Assembly (NCBI GenBank): GCA_964016885.1
Contig: OZ024745.1
Span: 78,058,001-78,122,000 of the forward strand
Origin: Eledone cirrhosa
Lineage: Eukaryota
Length of the DNA stretch: 64,000 bases
Reading direction: 5' to 3'
The translations under genes and the position numbers were made by a program. Under the pieces are notes generated by a model. It saw nothing but the letters and a program-made list of their open reading frames with translations. It ran no database searches and was not told the origin of the DNA. This document shows, piece after piece, positions 52,616-64,000 of this stretch; within the stretch, counting starts at the first letter, position 1; each line of letters starts with the position of its first letter.

Positions 52616-54905
52616 CTAGCAGCAGTACCCAGCGTTGCCTAGGTAGGTAAAATAATATCTGCTTTGATGAAAAGGTGTTGATCTTAGCGACTGCTTCTCG
52701 ATTACTCATCTATGGCCACGCACAGGCCATGCGAGGTAGGGTGGTGATGACCGCTATCACTGAGAAACGCGGGTGACTGACGAAGGGGCATGCTGGGAGA
52801 GGGAGGTAATGACCTCTAACACTAAGCCAAATTTCCTCACCTACTTGATTGGAAACCGATGAATTCTCAAATACACAACTAAAAGCTCAGACGACGTCAG
52901 TGGCCATCGTTTTGCCTTTGACCATCTATAAGATGTGTAATGATAGGTTCTATCGTAGTATAAAAGTTGAAACAAATAAATTGATTTATGTGTGAGGTGG
53001 AGCCGAAGTTTCGAATTTGAACGAAAAAAATGTGGGAGCTAATGATAGGTCGCCGTCCCTGAACAAAAAATGCAAAGTGTAAAGTTACTATAAGATGTGC
53101 AATTATAGGTTCTATCGTAGTATAAAAGTTGAACCAAATAAATTGATTTATGTGTGAGGTGGAGCCGAAGTTTCGAATTTGAACGAAAAAAATGTGGGAG
53201 CTAATGATAGGTCGCCGTCCCTGAACAAAAAATGCAAAGTGTAAAGTTACTATAAGATGTGCAATTATAGGTTCTATCGTAGTATAAAAGTTGAACCAAA
53301 TAAATTGATTTATGTGTGAGGTGGAGCCGAAGTTTCGAATTTGAACGAAAAAAAATTGGGAGCTAATGATAGGTCGCCGTCCCTGAACAAAAAATGCAAA
53401 GTGTAAAGTTACTATAAGATGTGCAATTATAGGTTCTATCGTAGTATAAAAGTTGAACCAAATAAATTGATTTATGTGTGAGGTGGAGCCGAAGTTTCGA
53501 ATTTGAACGAAAAAAATGTGGGAGCTAATGATAGGTCGCCGTCCCTGAACAAAAAATGCAAAGTGTAAAGTTACTATAAGATGTGCAATTATAGGTTCTA
53601 TCGTAGTATAAAAGTTGAACCAAATAAATTGATTTATGTGTGAGGTGGAGCCGAAGTTTCGAATTTGAACGAAAAAAATGTGGGAGCTAATGATAGGTCG
53701 CCGTCCCTGAACAAAAAATGCAAAGTGTAAAGTTACTATAAGATGTGCAATTATAGGTTCTATCGTAGTATAAAAGTTGAACCAAATAAATTGATTTATG
53801 TGTGAGGTGGAGCCGAAGTTTCGAATTTGAACGAAAAAAATGTGGGAGCTAATGATAGGTCGCCGTCCCTGAACAAAAAATGCAAAGTGTAAAGTTACTA
53901 TAAGATGTGCAATTATAGGTTCTATCGTAGTATAAAAGTTGAACCAAATAAATTGATTTATGTGTGAGGTGGAGCCGAAGTTTCGAATTTGAACGAAAAA
54001 AATGTGGGAGCTAATGATAGGTCGCCGTCCCTGAACAAAAAATGCAAAGTGTAAAGTTACCATAAGATGTGCAATTATAGGTTCTATCGTAGTATAAAAG
54101 TTGAACCAAATAAATTGATTTATGTGTGAGGTGGAGCCGAAGTTTCGAATTTGAACGAAAAAAATGTGGGAGCTAATGATAGGTCGCCGTCCCTGAACAA
54201 AAAATGCAAAGTGTAAAGTTACCATAAGATGTGCAATGATAGGTTCTATCGTAGTATAAAAGTTGAACCAAATAAATTGATTTAGGTGAGGTGGAGCCGA
54301 AGTTTCGAATTTGAACGAAATCGGTTGAAAAATGTGGGAGCCGAAAAGGCGGAAATTTGAGCGAAAAGGTGGTATTTTCGAATATTTAAGTGGCTGCCAC
54401 GCCGTTCCTGAACAAAAAAATCCAAAATATAAAGCCAGTTTAAGACGTGAAATAATCAGATCTAGCGTAGTGTAAAATTTGAACGAAGTAGGTTGATTAA
54501 TGTGGGAGCTAGAGCCGAAAAAGTGGTATTTTTGAATATTTAAGCGGCTGCCACCCCGTCCCTGAACAACAAATGTGTAAAATATAAAGCCATTACAGGA
54601 TATGCAATGATAAATTCTATTTTGCTTTAAAATTTGAACGAAATCCGTGGCAAAATGTGGGAGTTAGAGCCAAAAATATTATTTTGCGATACCTAAAAAA
54701 GGTTGTCCCTACCCCTATCGATTTTTATCTGCAGAATGACCCTGGAATAAAAAAAAAAACGATACGCTGATATATAGAAAATACTTCCCGATGAGTAATC
54801 TATGAGTCTGTAAAGTTTCATGAAAATCGGTCGTAAGATGTAGGCGCCTATAGGTAATACACAGACAGAGAGACACACACATACTTAATTTTATATATAT
54901 ACAGA
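52616..54905 (-). mobile_element. Non-autonomous Helitron (about 2.3 kb) carrying an internal satellite
   Basis: Minus strand A|TCTGTATATATATAAAA 5' end with a GTCT-type repeat; 3' hairpin cctaggcaacgctggg then CTAG|T; no TSD. Confidence 0.8.
52927..54320. repeat. 162-bp tandem repeat, about 8.6 near-identical units, with diverged units continuing to about 54670
   Basis: Unit starts at 52927, 53089, 53251, 53413, 53575, 53737, 53899, 54061 and 54223. Confidence 0.97.
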
Positions 54906-55463
54906 TATATATATATATAAATTTTATTACAGCATTAACGAAGCTTTAGTTCGCGGCCAAGCTAACGAATGCAAATTCGGTATGTAGCTTTAGCACTCGG
55001 ATGGGAAAAAGTACCCCAGAGTAATAACAATACGTTTAGACAGCTTAGCAAATCAAATATAGTAATCAGCAGTCCAGCCGCATTACCGGAGCAACGAAAA
55101 TACAGGACTCATCCACATATGACTTATTATCTTCGTTTTTTCGTTCATTGCCAGAGAACGTCTCTATGCACAACCTAGAGAACATTAGTCTACGACCTCT
55201 TTTATACCATAAACGTGGTTCTGTCTTTGCGCGTAATTGTTTTTCACCACTCCTATTAATGACGTATTATTCGTTTTTTCCCGTTCTTTGCCAGCGAACG
55301 TTACCACGAACCAAAGTATCGTCTTCCTGTCTTCCTCCGGTTGCAACGTTTTTTGAAATATCCAGTTCTGCGTTTACAGATTGACTTTGTTAGTTTCAGA
55401 AGATCCCGTTAAGGGTGAAAGCAGCGATTCTTTGCTTAAACTTTAATCTGTTATTTTAATAAA

Positions 55464-55499
<36 letters not shown>

Positions 55500-55757
55500 T
55501 ATATATATTTATTAAAATAACAGATTAAAGTTTAAGCAAAGAATCGCTGCTTTCACCCTTAACGGGATCTTCTGAAACTAACAAAGTCAATCTGTAAACG
55601 CAGAAGTGGATATTTCAAATAACGTTGCAACCGGAGGAAGACAGGAAGACGATAATTTAGTTCGTGGAAACGTTCCCTATGCAAAGAAGTAATGGTATAA
55701 ACATAACATATACTTAGCTACCACATCAAGACGTAAAATATCCACGTATAGATCGTA

Positions 55758-56270
55758 CTATCCGTTAGGGTATAATGTGGGGCTGTAATACAGGAAAGTT
55801 TTGTGCAATTTATGTTTACAAGCCGAAATTGCCTCAGATTTTTTGTTTAAGATGAGGTCTGTGGCGTAGAGTATTTCCAGGGCCTCAGCGGCGCAGAGGT
55901 CACATGGTCTTTTATTTCCGTTATACGATCTAGCCCTAGCTAGGATCTCCCAGTGTAACTTATATTGGGTGTGGTTGTCTTTTAGACTCCAGATATAAGC
56001 TGAAAGTGACGTCATGTTGCTTCTTAGAGGGTAACGAAAAGAATGGGTATGCATGTAAAGACGCTGCTTGAATCTATTGGCGGTTAACCCTATGTAGGCG
56101 CTACGGGACGTGGGTGTTTCAACCTTACATTTGTAGACAATGTTACTAGAGAGGCATTTCCCGGATAGGGGGCAATCAACCCGATTCCTACAATTACAGT
56201 TAGTACTAACTACAGGGTTGCACGTGTTCCTACGGCTAGGTAGTTTAGCTAAATTTGAAGCTGTGATGTT
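55758..56270 (-). pseudogene. GIY-YIG endonuclease of the minus-strand Penelope copy
   Basis: CNCRNRVDCPLSGKC linker, IVY...YIG, H..SF, CDLC..E and LNK. Confidence 0.85.
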
Positions 56271-57217
56271 ATAGGAGTCGTAGAGTAAGAAATTTTAATA
56301 GTATTTCTATTAAAAATGTTACTATATTTATGTGTAGGGGGAAAATGCTTCGTAATAAGGGATAGAACGATCTTAGCTAATGGTGTGGCCACCTCCATAT
56401 TATATGGTGTGTTATACCATATAATGCGACGGGATCTATTTCTTCTAGGTCTAATCTCGTACTCTGTATATGCTACCTTATCGACAAATCCACTCTGAGC
56501 AAGAGCTTCATTGTAATAAGTGGAATGGTCGTTGAAAATATGCTCGTTAGTAGATAGACGGGAAAGCCTCAACGAAACGTTTCTTACCAGGTTCTTGGTT
56601 ATGCTGGCAGGATGGTTGGAATGTTTACTTATGTAATTAAGCGTATCATTCGGCTTTCTATACGGGTAATACAACCCATTCGATAAATTGAGGGTAACGT
56701 CGAGGTAATTAACGACCGAGAGGTTGTCCTCAACCTGTATAGAGAGGTTGAAGCCTTTAAAGAAGGCTGTCAGTTCTTTTCTGAACCTGTCGCAAGCACG
56801 AGGGCCGCACCTAGTCATGGTCAAAAGACCATCATCACGGTACAAACCACCGCCCGCGCTGGGGAATTCGTCCTTGATAGAGAAAAGAAGGAAAAGGCCG
56901 ATAAGATCAGTAACCTCCGCAGAATCGCTGGCGCCCATACTCACGTCGAATGGGGTACTATTGGATTTTTTAATCCAAATAGAGTCGTCGAAATTAATCA
57001 CCGACTTACGGGCATTGACGATGACATCAGCTTCGAAATCCTTAACCACTGTGAGTGTTTTAGCGAAATTGATAGCTCTAAGGAGAAGTGGTAAAGTGAT
57101 GGAGGAGTAGTAATTATTGATGTCGAATTGGATAACACGGCAATGTTCCTTGTTGCATATGCCGTTGAACCAATCAATCACCGCGAAAGAATTGTTCCAC
57201 GGTGCAAGAGGGGCCAA
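56249..57217 (-). pseudogene. Penelope-like reverse transcriptase (5'-truncated, frameshifted before EN)
   Basis: IQFDINNYYSSI, FDVSMGASDSAEV, LYRDDGL, VNYLDVTLNL, PYRKPN and SNHP motifs. Confidence 0.9.
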
Positions 57218-57311
57218 ACTTCTAATTTCAGTCTACCTAAATCGGACTTCGTAGGGTTAATAAGCCGAATAGAGGGGTTGTTCAGAAAATTGGATTAACC
57301 CACCATATAAT

Positions 57312-57926
57312 ATGGAGGTGGCCACACCATTAGCTAAGATCTTTCTATCCCTTATTACGAAGCATTTTCCCCCTACAAATAAATATAGTAACATTTTTAA
57401 TAGAAATACTCATAACATCACAGCTTCAAATTTAGCTAAACTACCTAGCCGTAGGAACACGTGCAACCCTGTAGTTAGTACTAACTGTAATTGTAGGAAA
57501 CGGGTTGATTGCCCCCTATCCGGGAAATGCCTCTCTAGTAACATTGTCTACAAATGTAAGGTTGAAACACCCACGTCCCGTAGGGCCTACATAGGGTTAA
57601 CCGCCAATAGATTTAAGCAGCGTCTTTACATGCATACCCATTCTTTTCGTTACCCTCTAAGAAGGAATATGACGTCACTTTCAGCTTATATCTGGAGTCT
57701 AAAAGACAACCACACCCAATATAAGTTACACTGGGAGATCCTAGCTAGGGCTAGATCGTATAACGAAAATAAAGGACCATGTGACCTCTGCGCCGCTGAG
57801 GCCCTGGAAATACTCTACGCCACAGACCTCATCTTAAACAAAAAATCTGAGGCAATTTCGGCTTGTAAACATAAATTGCACAAAACTTTCCTGTATTACA
57901 GCCCCACATTATACCCTAACGGATAG
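57312..57926 (+). CDS. GIY-YIG endonuclease plus Cys-rich linker of the inverted Penelope copy (open 204-aa frame, truncated element)
   Basis: CNCRKRVDCPLSGKCLSSNIVY...AYIGLT..RFKQR..H..SF...CDLCAAE...LNKKSE....CKH. Confidence 0.8.
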   Translation: MEVATPLAKIFLSLITKHFPPTNKYSNIFNRNTHNITASNLAKLPSRRNTCNPVVSTNCNCRKRVDCPLSGKCLSSNIVYKCKVETPTSRRAYIGLTANRFKQRLYMHTHSFRYPLRRNMTSLSAYIWSLKDNHTQYKLHWEILARARSYNENKGPCDLCAAEALEILYATDLILNKKSEAISACKHKLHKTFLYYSPTLYPNG

Positions 57927-58104
57927 TACGATCTATACGTGGATATTTTACGTCTTGATGTGGTAGCTAAGTATATGTTATGTTTATACCATTACTTCTT
58001 TGCATAGGGAACGTTTCCACGAACCAAAGTATCGTCTTCCTGTCTTCCTCCGGTTGCAACGTTTTTTGAAATATCCACTTCTGCGTTTACAGATTGACTT
58101 TGTT

Positions 58105-58155
58105 AGTTTCAGAAGATCCCGTTAAGGGTGAAAGCAGCGATTCTTTGCTTAAACT
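58105..58155 (+). ncRNA. Non-canonical hammerhead-like motif in the pLTR (identical copies at 55392-55442 plus and 55529-55579 minus)
   Basis: AGTTT CAGAAGA TCCC-GTTAA-GGGT GAAA GCA-gcgattctt-TGCT T AAACT; all three stems pair, core has U4A. Confidence 0.5.
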
Positions 58156-58305
58156 TTAATCTGTTATTTTAATAAATATTTGCTCTACGGTTCTTATATA
58201 TTTGATATATATTTATCCTTATCGAGCCCTCTTTGGATTTTAGCCTTCAAATTTACTATTATTACTATATAATTATATATATATATATATATATATACAT
58301 ATATA

Positions 58306-58359
<54 letters not shown>

Positions 58360-58507
58360 TATATATATATATATATATAATTATATAATTATATATATAT
58401 ATATATAATTATATATATATATATAATTATATATATATATAATTATATATATATATATAATTATATATATATAATTATATATATATATATAATTATATAT
58501 ATATAAT

Positions 58508-58591
<84 letters not shown>

Positions 58592-58867
58592 ATATGTCTA
58601 TGCATTCATATACTCACTCGCACACACACACACACACACACAACATACACATATATATGCAAAGAAGGACGGAGAGACCAAAACATCCCTTTCAATTTAT
58701 CTATTGTAATTACTTCAGTCTGTGTATCAGGCTTCTCCGCATCCGCCCCAATATATATCTGCCTAGCCAGTGGTTTTTGTACTTCCAACATCTGTTTGAG
58801 TTTAACGGATTTTCAGGCTCTCTTGTATTACAAATAAAATGCAATTTATGTCAAATAAAAACATTAC

Positions 58868-58984
<117 letters not shown>

Positions 58985-59045
58985 GACACACATATATATA
59001 TATATACACATATATATATATATATACACATATATATATATATAT

Positions 59046-59078
<33 letters not shown>

Positions 59079-59087
<9 letters not shown>

Positions 59088-59268
59088 GGCTTCTACATGA
59101 CTAGAACTTTTTCATTCGGGAGAAATCATCAGGAAGGCTTGATGATTTCTCCCGAATGAAACATTCTAGTCCTGTAGAAGCCATTTCTATATTAAATATT
59201 TATACTCTGCTACGTATTGAGTTCCTTGCTTACTATGGTTACCACCGATTGAACCCGGTATAAACTTA
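59079..59268. mobile_element. Palindromic Penelope pLTR remnant with two head-to-head hammerhead cores
   Basis: About 53-bp arms around loop 59133-59138; each arm has (C/T)TGATGA TTTCTCCCGAAT GAAA...GTC; (TA)n flanks. Confidence 0.6.
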
Positions 59269-59719
59269 TATATATATATTATTATTATTATTCAAAAGTA
59301 GAAACAATTATTATTATTATTATTAATAATAATAATAATATTATTATTTACTCACGAATGCATTTAGGTATTCACCACGTTAGAGCGAAAACAAGTTTTG
59401 TTTTTACTTTTCGGCAAAGCTGACTGAAAAATCGGTGGGTATGTAAATTAGGTGAATGTATACCTTTGAGAATACTATATATTATTAGCAGATCCAATGC
59501 GTAGCAGAGACAAGAGGATATATGGTCTTGATAAGGGGCAATAACTCCGAAACAATTGTTGCTCCGAAACAATTGTTGGCAATTCTCTCTCCGCCACCGC
59601 TGAAACAAAAGGAGGACGTCAGTCGTCTAGAAAACTCACATGGTATTTTGAGGTTATTTGCTTGCAAACGAACCGAATATTAATGATGTTATGATATTAT
59701 TATTATTCACTTACGAATA

Positions 59720-59856
<137 letters not shown>

Positions 59857-61091
59857 GCTGGAATATGTTAGTAATTACGTTCTTGAAAATATGCTCATAT
59901 AAATATTCTAATGAGCTGTCAATCATTTGTTAGTTGTGTGTTTCTTCCATATGCTGGTACGTTATTGTGCATGCTTGTATACATACTTTACATTACACCA
60001 GCAGGCTGAAAATGAACATACGATGATTATCATATCATGAAATGTCATGTGTGTGTAGAGAGAGAGAGACATATATATACACAAAACCAAAGAGTGTGTA
60101 GGATTGGGTAAAGGCAAAATGTATATGATAAAGGAAGATCATATAAGAGTAGGCGTTTACATCCTAAGCTTCAAATACTATATTGATCGCTATTTAAAGC
60201 AGTTTCTTTATTCCAGTCATCTCCCGAATAATGCAGATGTTAAATTAGTTTAAATGAACGTTATTTTTAATTGCTTTGTCTTGAGGTAGAACAGTCTAGA
60301 AGGCTTTAAGGCCTTCCAATTTGCGCCATGGTAAATCTGGCACTGAAAACCTCTGTGGTACTTCATCCTCTTGCTAGCTTTATTACATGGTATTTTATTA
60401 ATCATTAATCTGGTTCTGGTACTACATTTCTGAACACGCTGGTATATATTTCATCGTAAGTAGTGTAGACGTGTACGCACAGTTTACTTGTATCATACTA
60501 AGATACTACGCTAAAGAACAACTATGCAGCTCCTGTCTTTTGATTTTAACTTTTGTCTTATGTATCAAGAAACCCATTTACTGAAATATATTGAATCACT
60601 TGTTACAAAACCTTACATCGCTTATTGTGTACATGTACAACATACATTTCTTCTCTTCCTTCCTCTCTCCCAATACGGACAATAGGAAATGCAATCAAAA
60701 GCTGTATATAATAAAACTAAAATACGAAGTTGACTTCATCTAGAGGCTCGAACTCAGAGCTTATTTTGATAAGATAACTTGTTTAGTAAATATATTTTAG
60801 TTGGAAATGTTCATAATGAATGAAGTTATCAAATATTTCATTAATGTGGTTTCTTTTTTTTTTTTTTCGTTTGTACACTACAACAATCATAATTATTCTT
60901 CTCACTGTTAATCTAAGATAAACACAACAGACTGGTGCATCTCATAATTGAAAAGAACCTTAACACCATCCGTGTAGAAAGCTCTAACATAATTAATTTT
61001 GCAATTATTACTTTTTTACCTGTTGCAACCCACGAGCTGAGGTCATGCTGATATTTTATGCATTTATCTTTCTAGCCCTATCTTTCAAATA

Positions 61092-61094
<3 letters not shown>

Positions 61095-61168
<74 letters not shown>

Positions 61169-61243
61169 ACACACACACACACATACATACATACATACAT
61201 ACATACATACATACATACATACATACATACATACATACATACA

Positions 61244-61272
<29 letters not shown>
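61095..61272. repeat. Compound (CA)n/(CATA)n microsatellite
   Basis: Directly visible. Confidence 0.95.
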
Positions 61273-61274
<2 letters not shown>

Positions 61275-62337
61275 GTATGCATAAATACATACACTGGAAC
61301 ATACACGGAAGTGTACGATCTGTCTCGGTCCTGCTTACACTCTTATTCCCTTACCATATACTTTTCCTGTTTTAGCTTCTGTTTTATGTCTACACTATGT
61401 CTCTCTTCATTCTCCCTAATATATAGAAGGGTATTGGTTAGAAAGGTACGTCATTAATATAATAGTAAACGAAGTTTATCTTGATGAAATCCGCCCTACA
61501 CTTAAGTAGTTTAGGATGAGCCTCCAAATAGTGACCCAGCTTAGCGCACTTCACCGACACTGTTCATGCTATTTTTTGTATGTGTTTGTTGCGGTTACTT
61601 TTATTATTGTTTGTGTAGTTTCTATGTTTTTCTTTTTAATTTTCGAGATTCATTTTAATTCTGAGTGAGGAAGATGTTATCTTCCACTATTACAGCGAGA
61701 TTTTAACGTCTAACACTAATCCTAACCTATTTTTAGAGGGAAGGTTTACATCACAGGATAACGTCACATAACAGTTGGTGAATGAAGAGAAAGTGAATTT
61801 TAGAAGAGAGTAGTTCGAAGGAAGTACAGAAATAATAATCAGCACTTATGTAAGAAAACACAATGTAGTTGATTAGATGTAGGGACAGTGTAAGATTGGT
61901 TAAGTCTCACTAAATATGAACAAATCAAGCTAACTTTGACACAGGAATGTATAAGAAACATATGACTTGATTGAATCTAGAAATAATGGTGATTATCGAA
62001 GGAAACGACTGTAATTTGTATAGCTAGAAATCGCTCCAAGGGATTTATATTTACAAACTTCAGATTTTAGCCTACACTTTTTTTCTTTTTAATACTTTTA
62101 CTATCATTTTACTGTTATTACATCGGCTTTTAATTTTCAAAAATTGATGACTGCATTCATCACCTGTGCATCTTACAACGTCTGTTTTTCTAATCCCCGT
62201 ACGAAATATATCTTTTAGAATAAAAAAAAAATGAAATGGGATATAGTTTAAATACAATAAAACAATTTATCAAACTTCTCAGAAATTATTAATTTGTCAA
62301 TGTAAACATTGTATAAAATTCAGAAAGCTACAAATGA

Positions 62338-62683
62338 TATTGGTTTCTGATTTAGGCACAAGGCCAGTTTTCGGGGAGGGGAAAGTCGATTAAATCGTCG
62401 ACAGTGCATTACTGGTACTATATCTAACCATGGTCAGGAATTGAACTAAGATCGTAAAGGGGCAGTGGATCGACAGTATCGGTAGAGCACCCGATATTGT
62501 GCTTTGTGACATAGAGTTACGGCTCTTTACGTTCTGTGATCAAATCCCGCCGAGGTTTGCTTTGCCTTTCAACCTTACGTGGCCAATAAAATAAAGCACC
62601 TATAAGTACTGGGGTCGATTAAATCGACTTTCCCCTCCTCTTCAAATTGCTGGCCTTGTGCCTAAAGTAAAGACAATTATTAT
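62338..62683. mobile_element. Head-to-head pair of long-variant SINEs (62338-62460 minus, rearranged; 62461-62683 plus)
   Basis: Both carry the long 3' segment and abut with no spacer. Confidence 0.75.
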
Positions 62684-63425
62684 TGCTGTTAAATTGATAA
62701 CAACTTCTCTAAAATTTGTAATGTGAGATCGTACTTATTAATGAATAACACAATATGTATTTTCCACAATTAAACGCTAAAGTGTTTAATTTGGTAAAAG
62801 TAAATCAAATTATTCTAACGTTGTGTTGCTTCCCTGTAAAATAATTCACCTCCATGTCACTATAGAAAAACTAACTGTTATAACTCTAAATACTTACTGG
62901 TTCACTTTGACTATATATATGAAGGATATAAGTTATTTTATTTAACTATGATACTGGTACTATTTCACATAGATATTGCAGGAAATGTTGAGTATGTTGG
63001 AATTTGGGCGCAGAACCGAATGCAATCAACCTAAGTATAATAATGTTTTTATTATGGTGCTCTAATCACATACATTTTCCTAGTTTTTATTCGTGATATT
63101 AATTGTGCTCATGCGGATCCAGTCATAATCATTAATGTGGCGTTAATATTAACACTTTTTCACAAATTGATTCTTTTTCTCTTAGGGGAATCAAGAATCA
63201 TTTAGTGTTTATATATTATCAACAGTTGATCCCAATTTTAAAGTGGAATAGGAAAACAACAATCGTTAACATTACTTCCATTTTTATACATTACTTGTTA
63301 TCGTCTTTTTTTATTCTATGTTGAATTATTATATATGAAGATTGGGAGGTCAGACTTTCTAGATTGCAAAATTCCGGCGCTGCTTTCTGGTATCTACACC
63401 AAGATACTGGTATCCACACCAAAAG

Positions 63426-63607
63426 ATTGGCAGTATCGGTAGAGCGTCGGACGCCATGCTTTCCAGCATAGTTATGTCCCTTTACGGTCTGAGTTCAAAT
63501 CCCGCCGAGGTTAACTTTGCCTTTCATCCTTACGGGGTCGATAAAATAAAGTACCAGTAATGTACTGGGTAATTGCTGGTCTTGTGCCAAAAAGTAGAAA
63601 CAATTAT
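63426..63607 (+). mobile_element. tRNA-derived SINE
   Basis: Family match. Confidence 0.9.
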
Positions 63608-64000
63608 ATGCAGAGGTGATCTGTATCAATATCGGAGTTGGAATGTATAATTGGTCACGCTAACATTTAACGGTTAAGTGTTTTATACATGAATGTGATA
63701 TATATTTATCATTGAATATAAAAGATTAACTATTCCCTATACCCTACCAACAAATCAATCTGAGAATCATTCTACCGAAGGTTACCTAATGAAATTAAGC
63801 ACCAAAATAGGAAATCTTTCTGTAGTGTAGCTCTGACCTAAATACCTAATCAACGAGTATTTATTTCACATTACTTATCCTCTTAATCTTATCATAGTTG
63901 ACCCTATCTACGGCATTTAAGTTATAAATAGTTACAATCGAGCGGAGTGAATCTTTTAAAAGTCATATTTCTAAGTGTAACATTACATTATTTTCGATGT

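Larger units (their letters stand above)
54925..58268. mobile_element. Penelope-like retroelement (C-terminal EN) complex with inverted pseudo-LTRs, in (TA)n
   Basis: Minus copy about 55506-57295 (RT+EN+3' end); inverted plus copy 57296-58268 (linker+EN+3' end+tail); third 3' end about 55285-55465; TA repeats at three junctions. Confidence 0.9.

Noticed and set aside
52897-54225. 442-aa ORF as a real protein, or the array as CRISPR-like
   Set aside because: It is a translation of an identical 162-bp tandem repeat with no unique spacers, no cas genes and no recognisable domain
56724-57110. 128-aa plus-strand ORF
   Set aside because: Antisense shadow of the Penelope RT
55758-57926. Selenoprotein-encoding Naiad-type PLE
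   Set aside because: The endonuclease is C-terminal and its conserved cysteines are ordinary TGT/TGC codons, with no in-frame TGA

Overview
AT-rich eukaryotic genomic DNA, dense in microsatellites and repeats. It is most likely a coleoid cephalopod (Octopus-like); this is inferred from the SINE families and microsatellite load and is not verified. No complete host gene is visible, only one plausible first coding exon near 26.9 kb. The window holds: about 20 young copies of a tRNA-derived SINE in several sub-variants; decayed LINE fragments (RTE, CR1-like, CRE-like, R4/Dong-like REL); a dead mariner; Tc1/mariner and Tigger-like MITEs; a 6-bp-TSD MITE family; and three non-autonomous Helitrons, one carrying a young 162-bp satellite. 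There is also a (TA)n-embedded Penelope-like element (RT plus C-terminal GIY-YIG) in an inverted arrangement. The main points of interest are: (i) several hammerhead-ribozyme motifs in (TA)n-flanked Penelope remnants, one fully canonical at 15079-15140 and one non-canonical CAGAAGA variant present three times; (ii) a head-to-tail nest of retroelements strung along (CATA)n at 48-51 kb; (iii) two apparently independent SINE insertions at the same position of two MITE copies. Most ORFs in the track are microsatellite artefacts. Repeat boundaries were read by eye and are approximate unless TSDs or termini are quoted.
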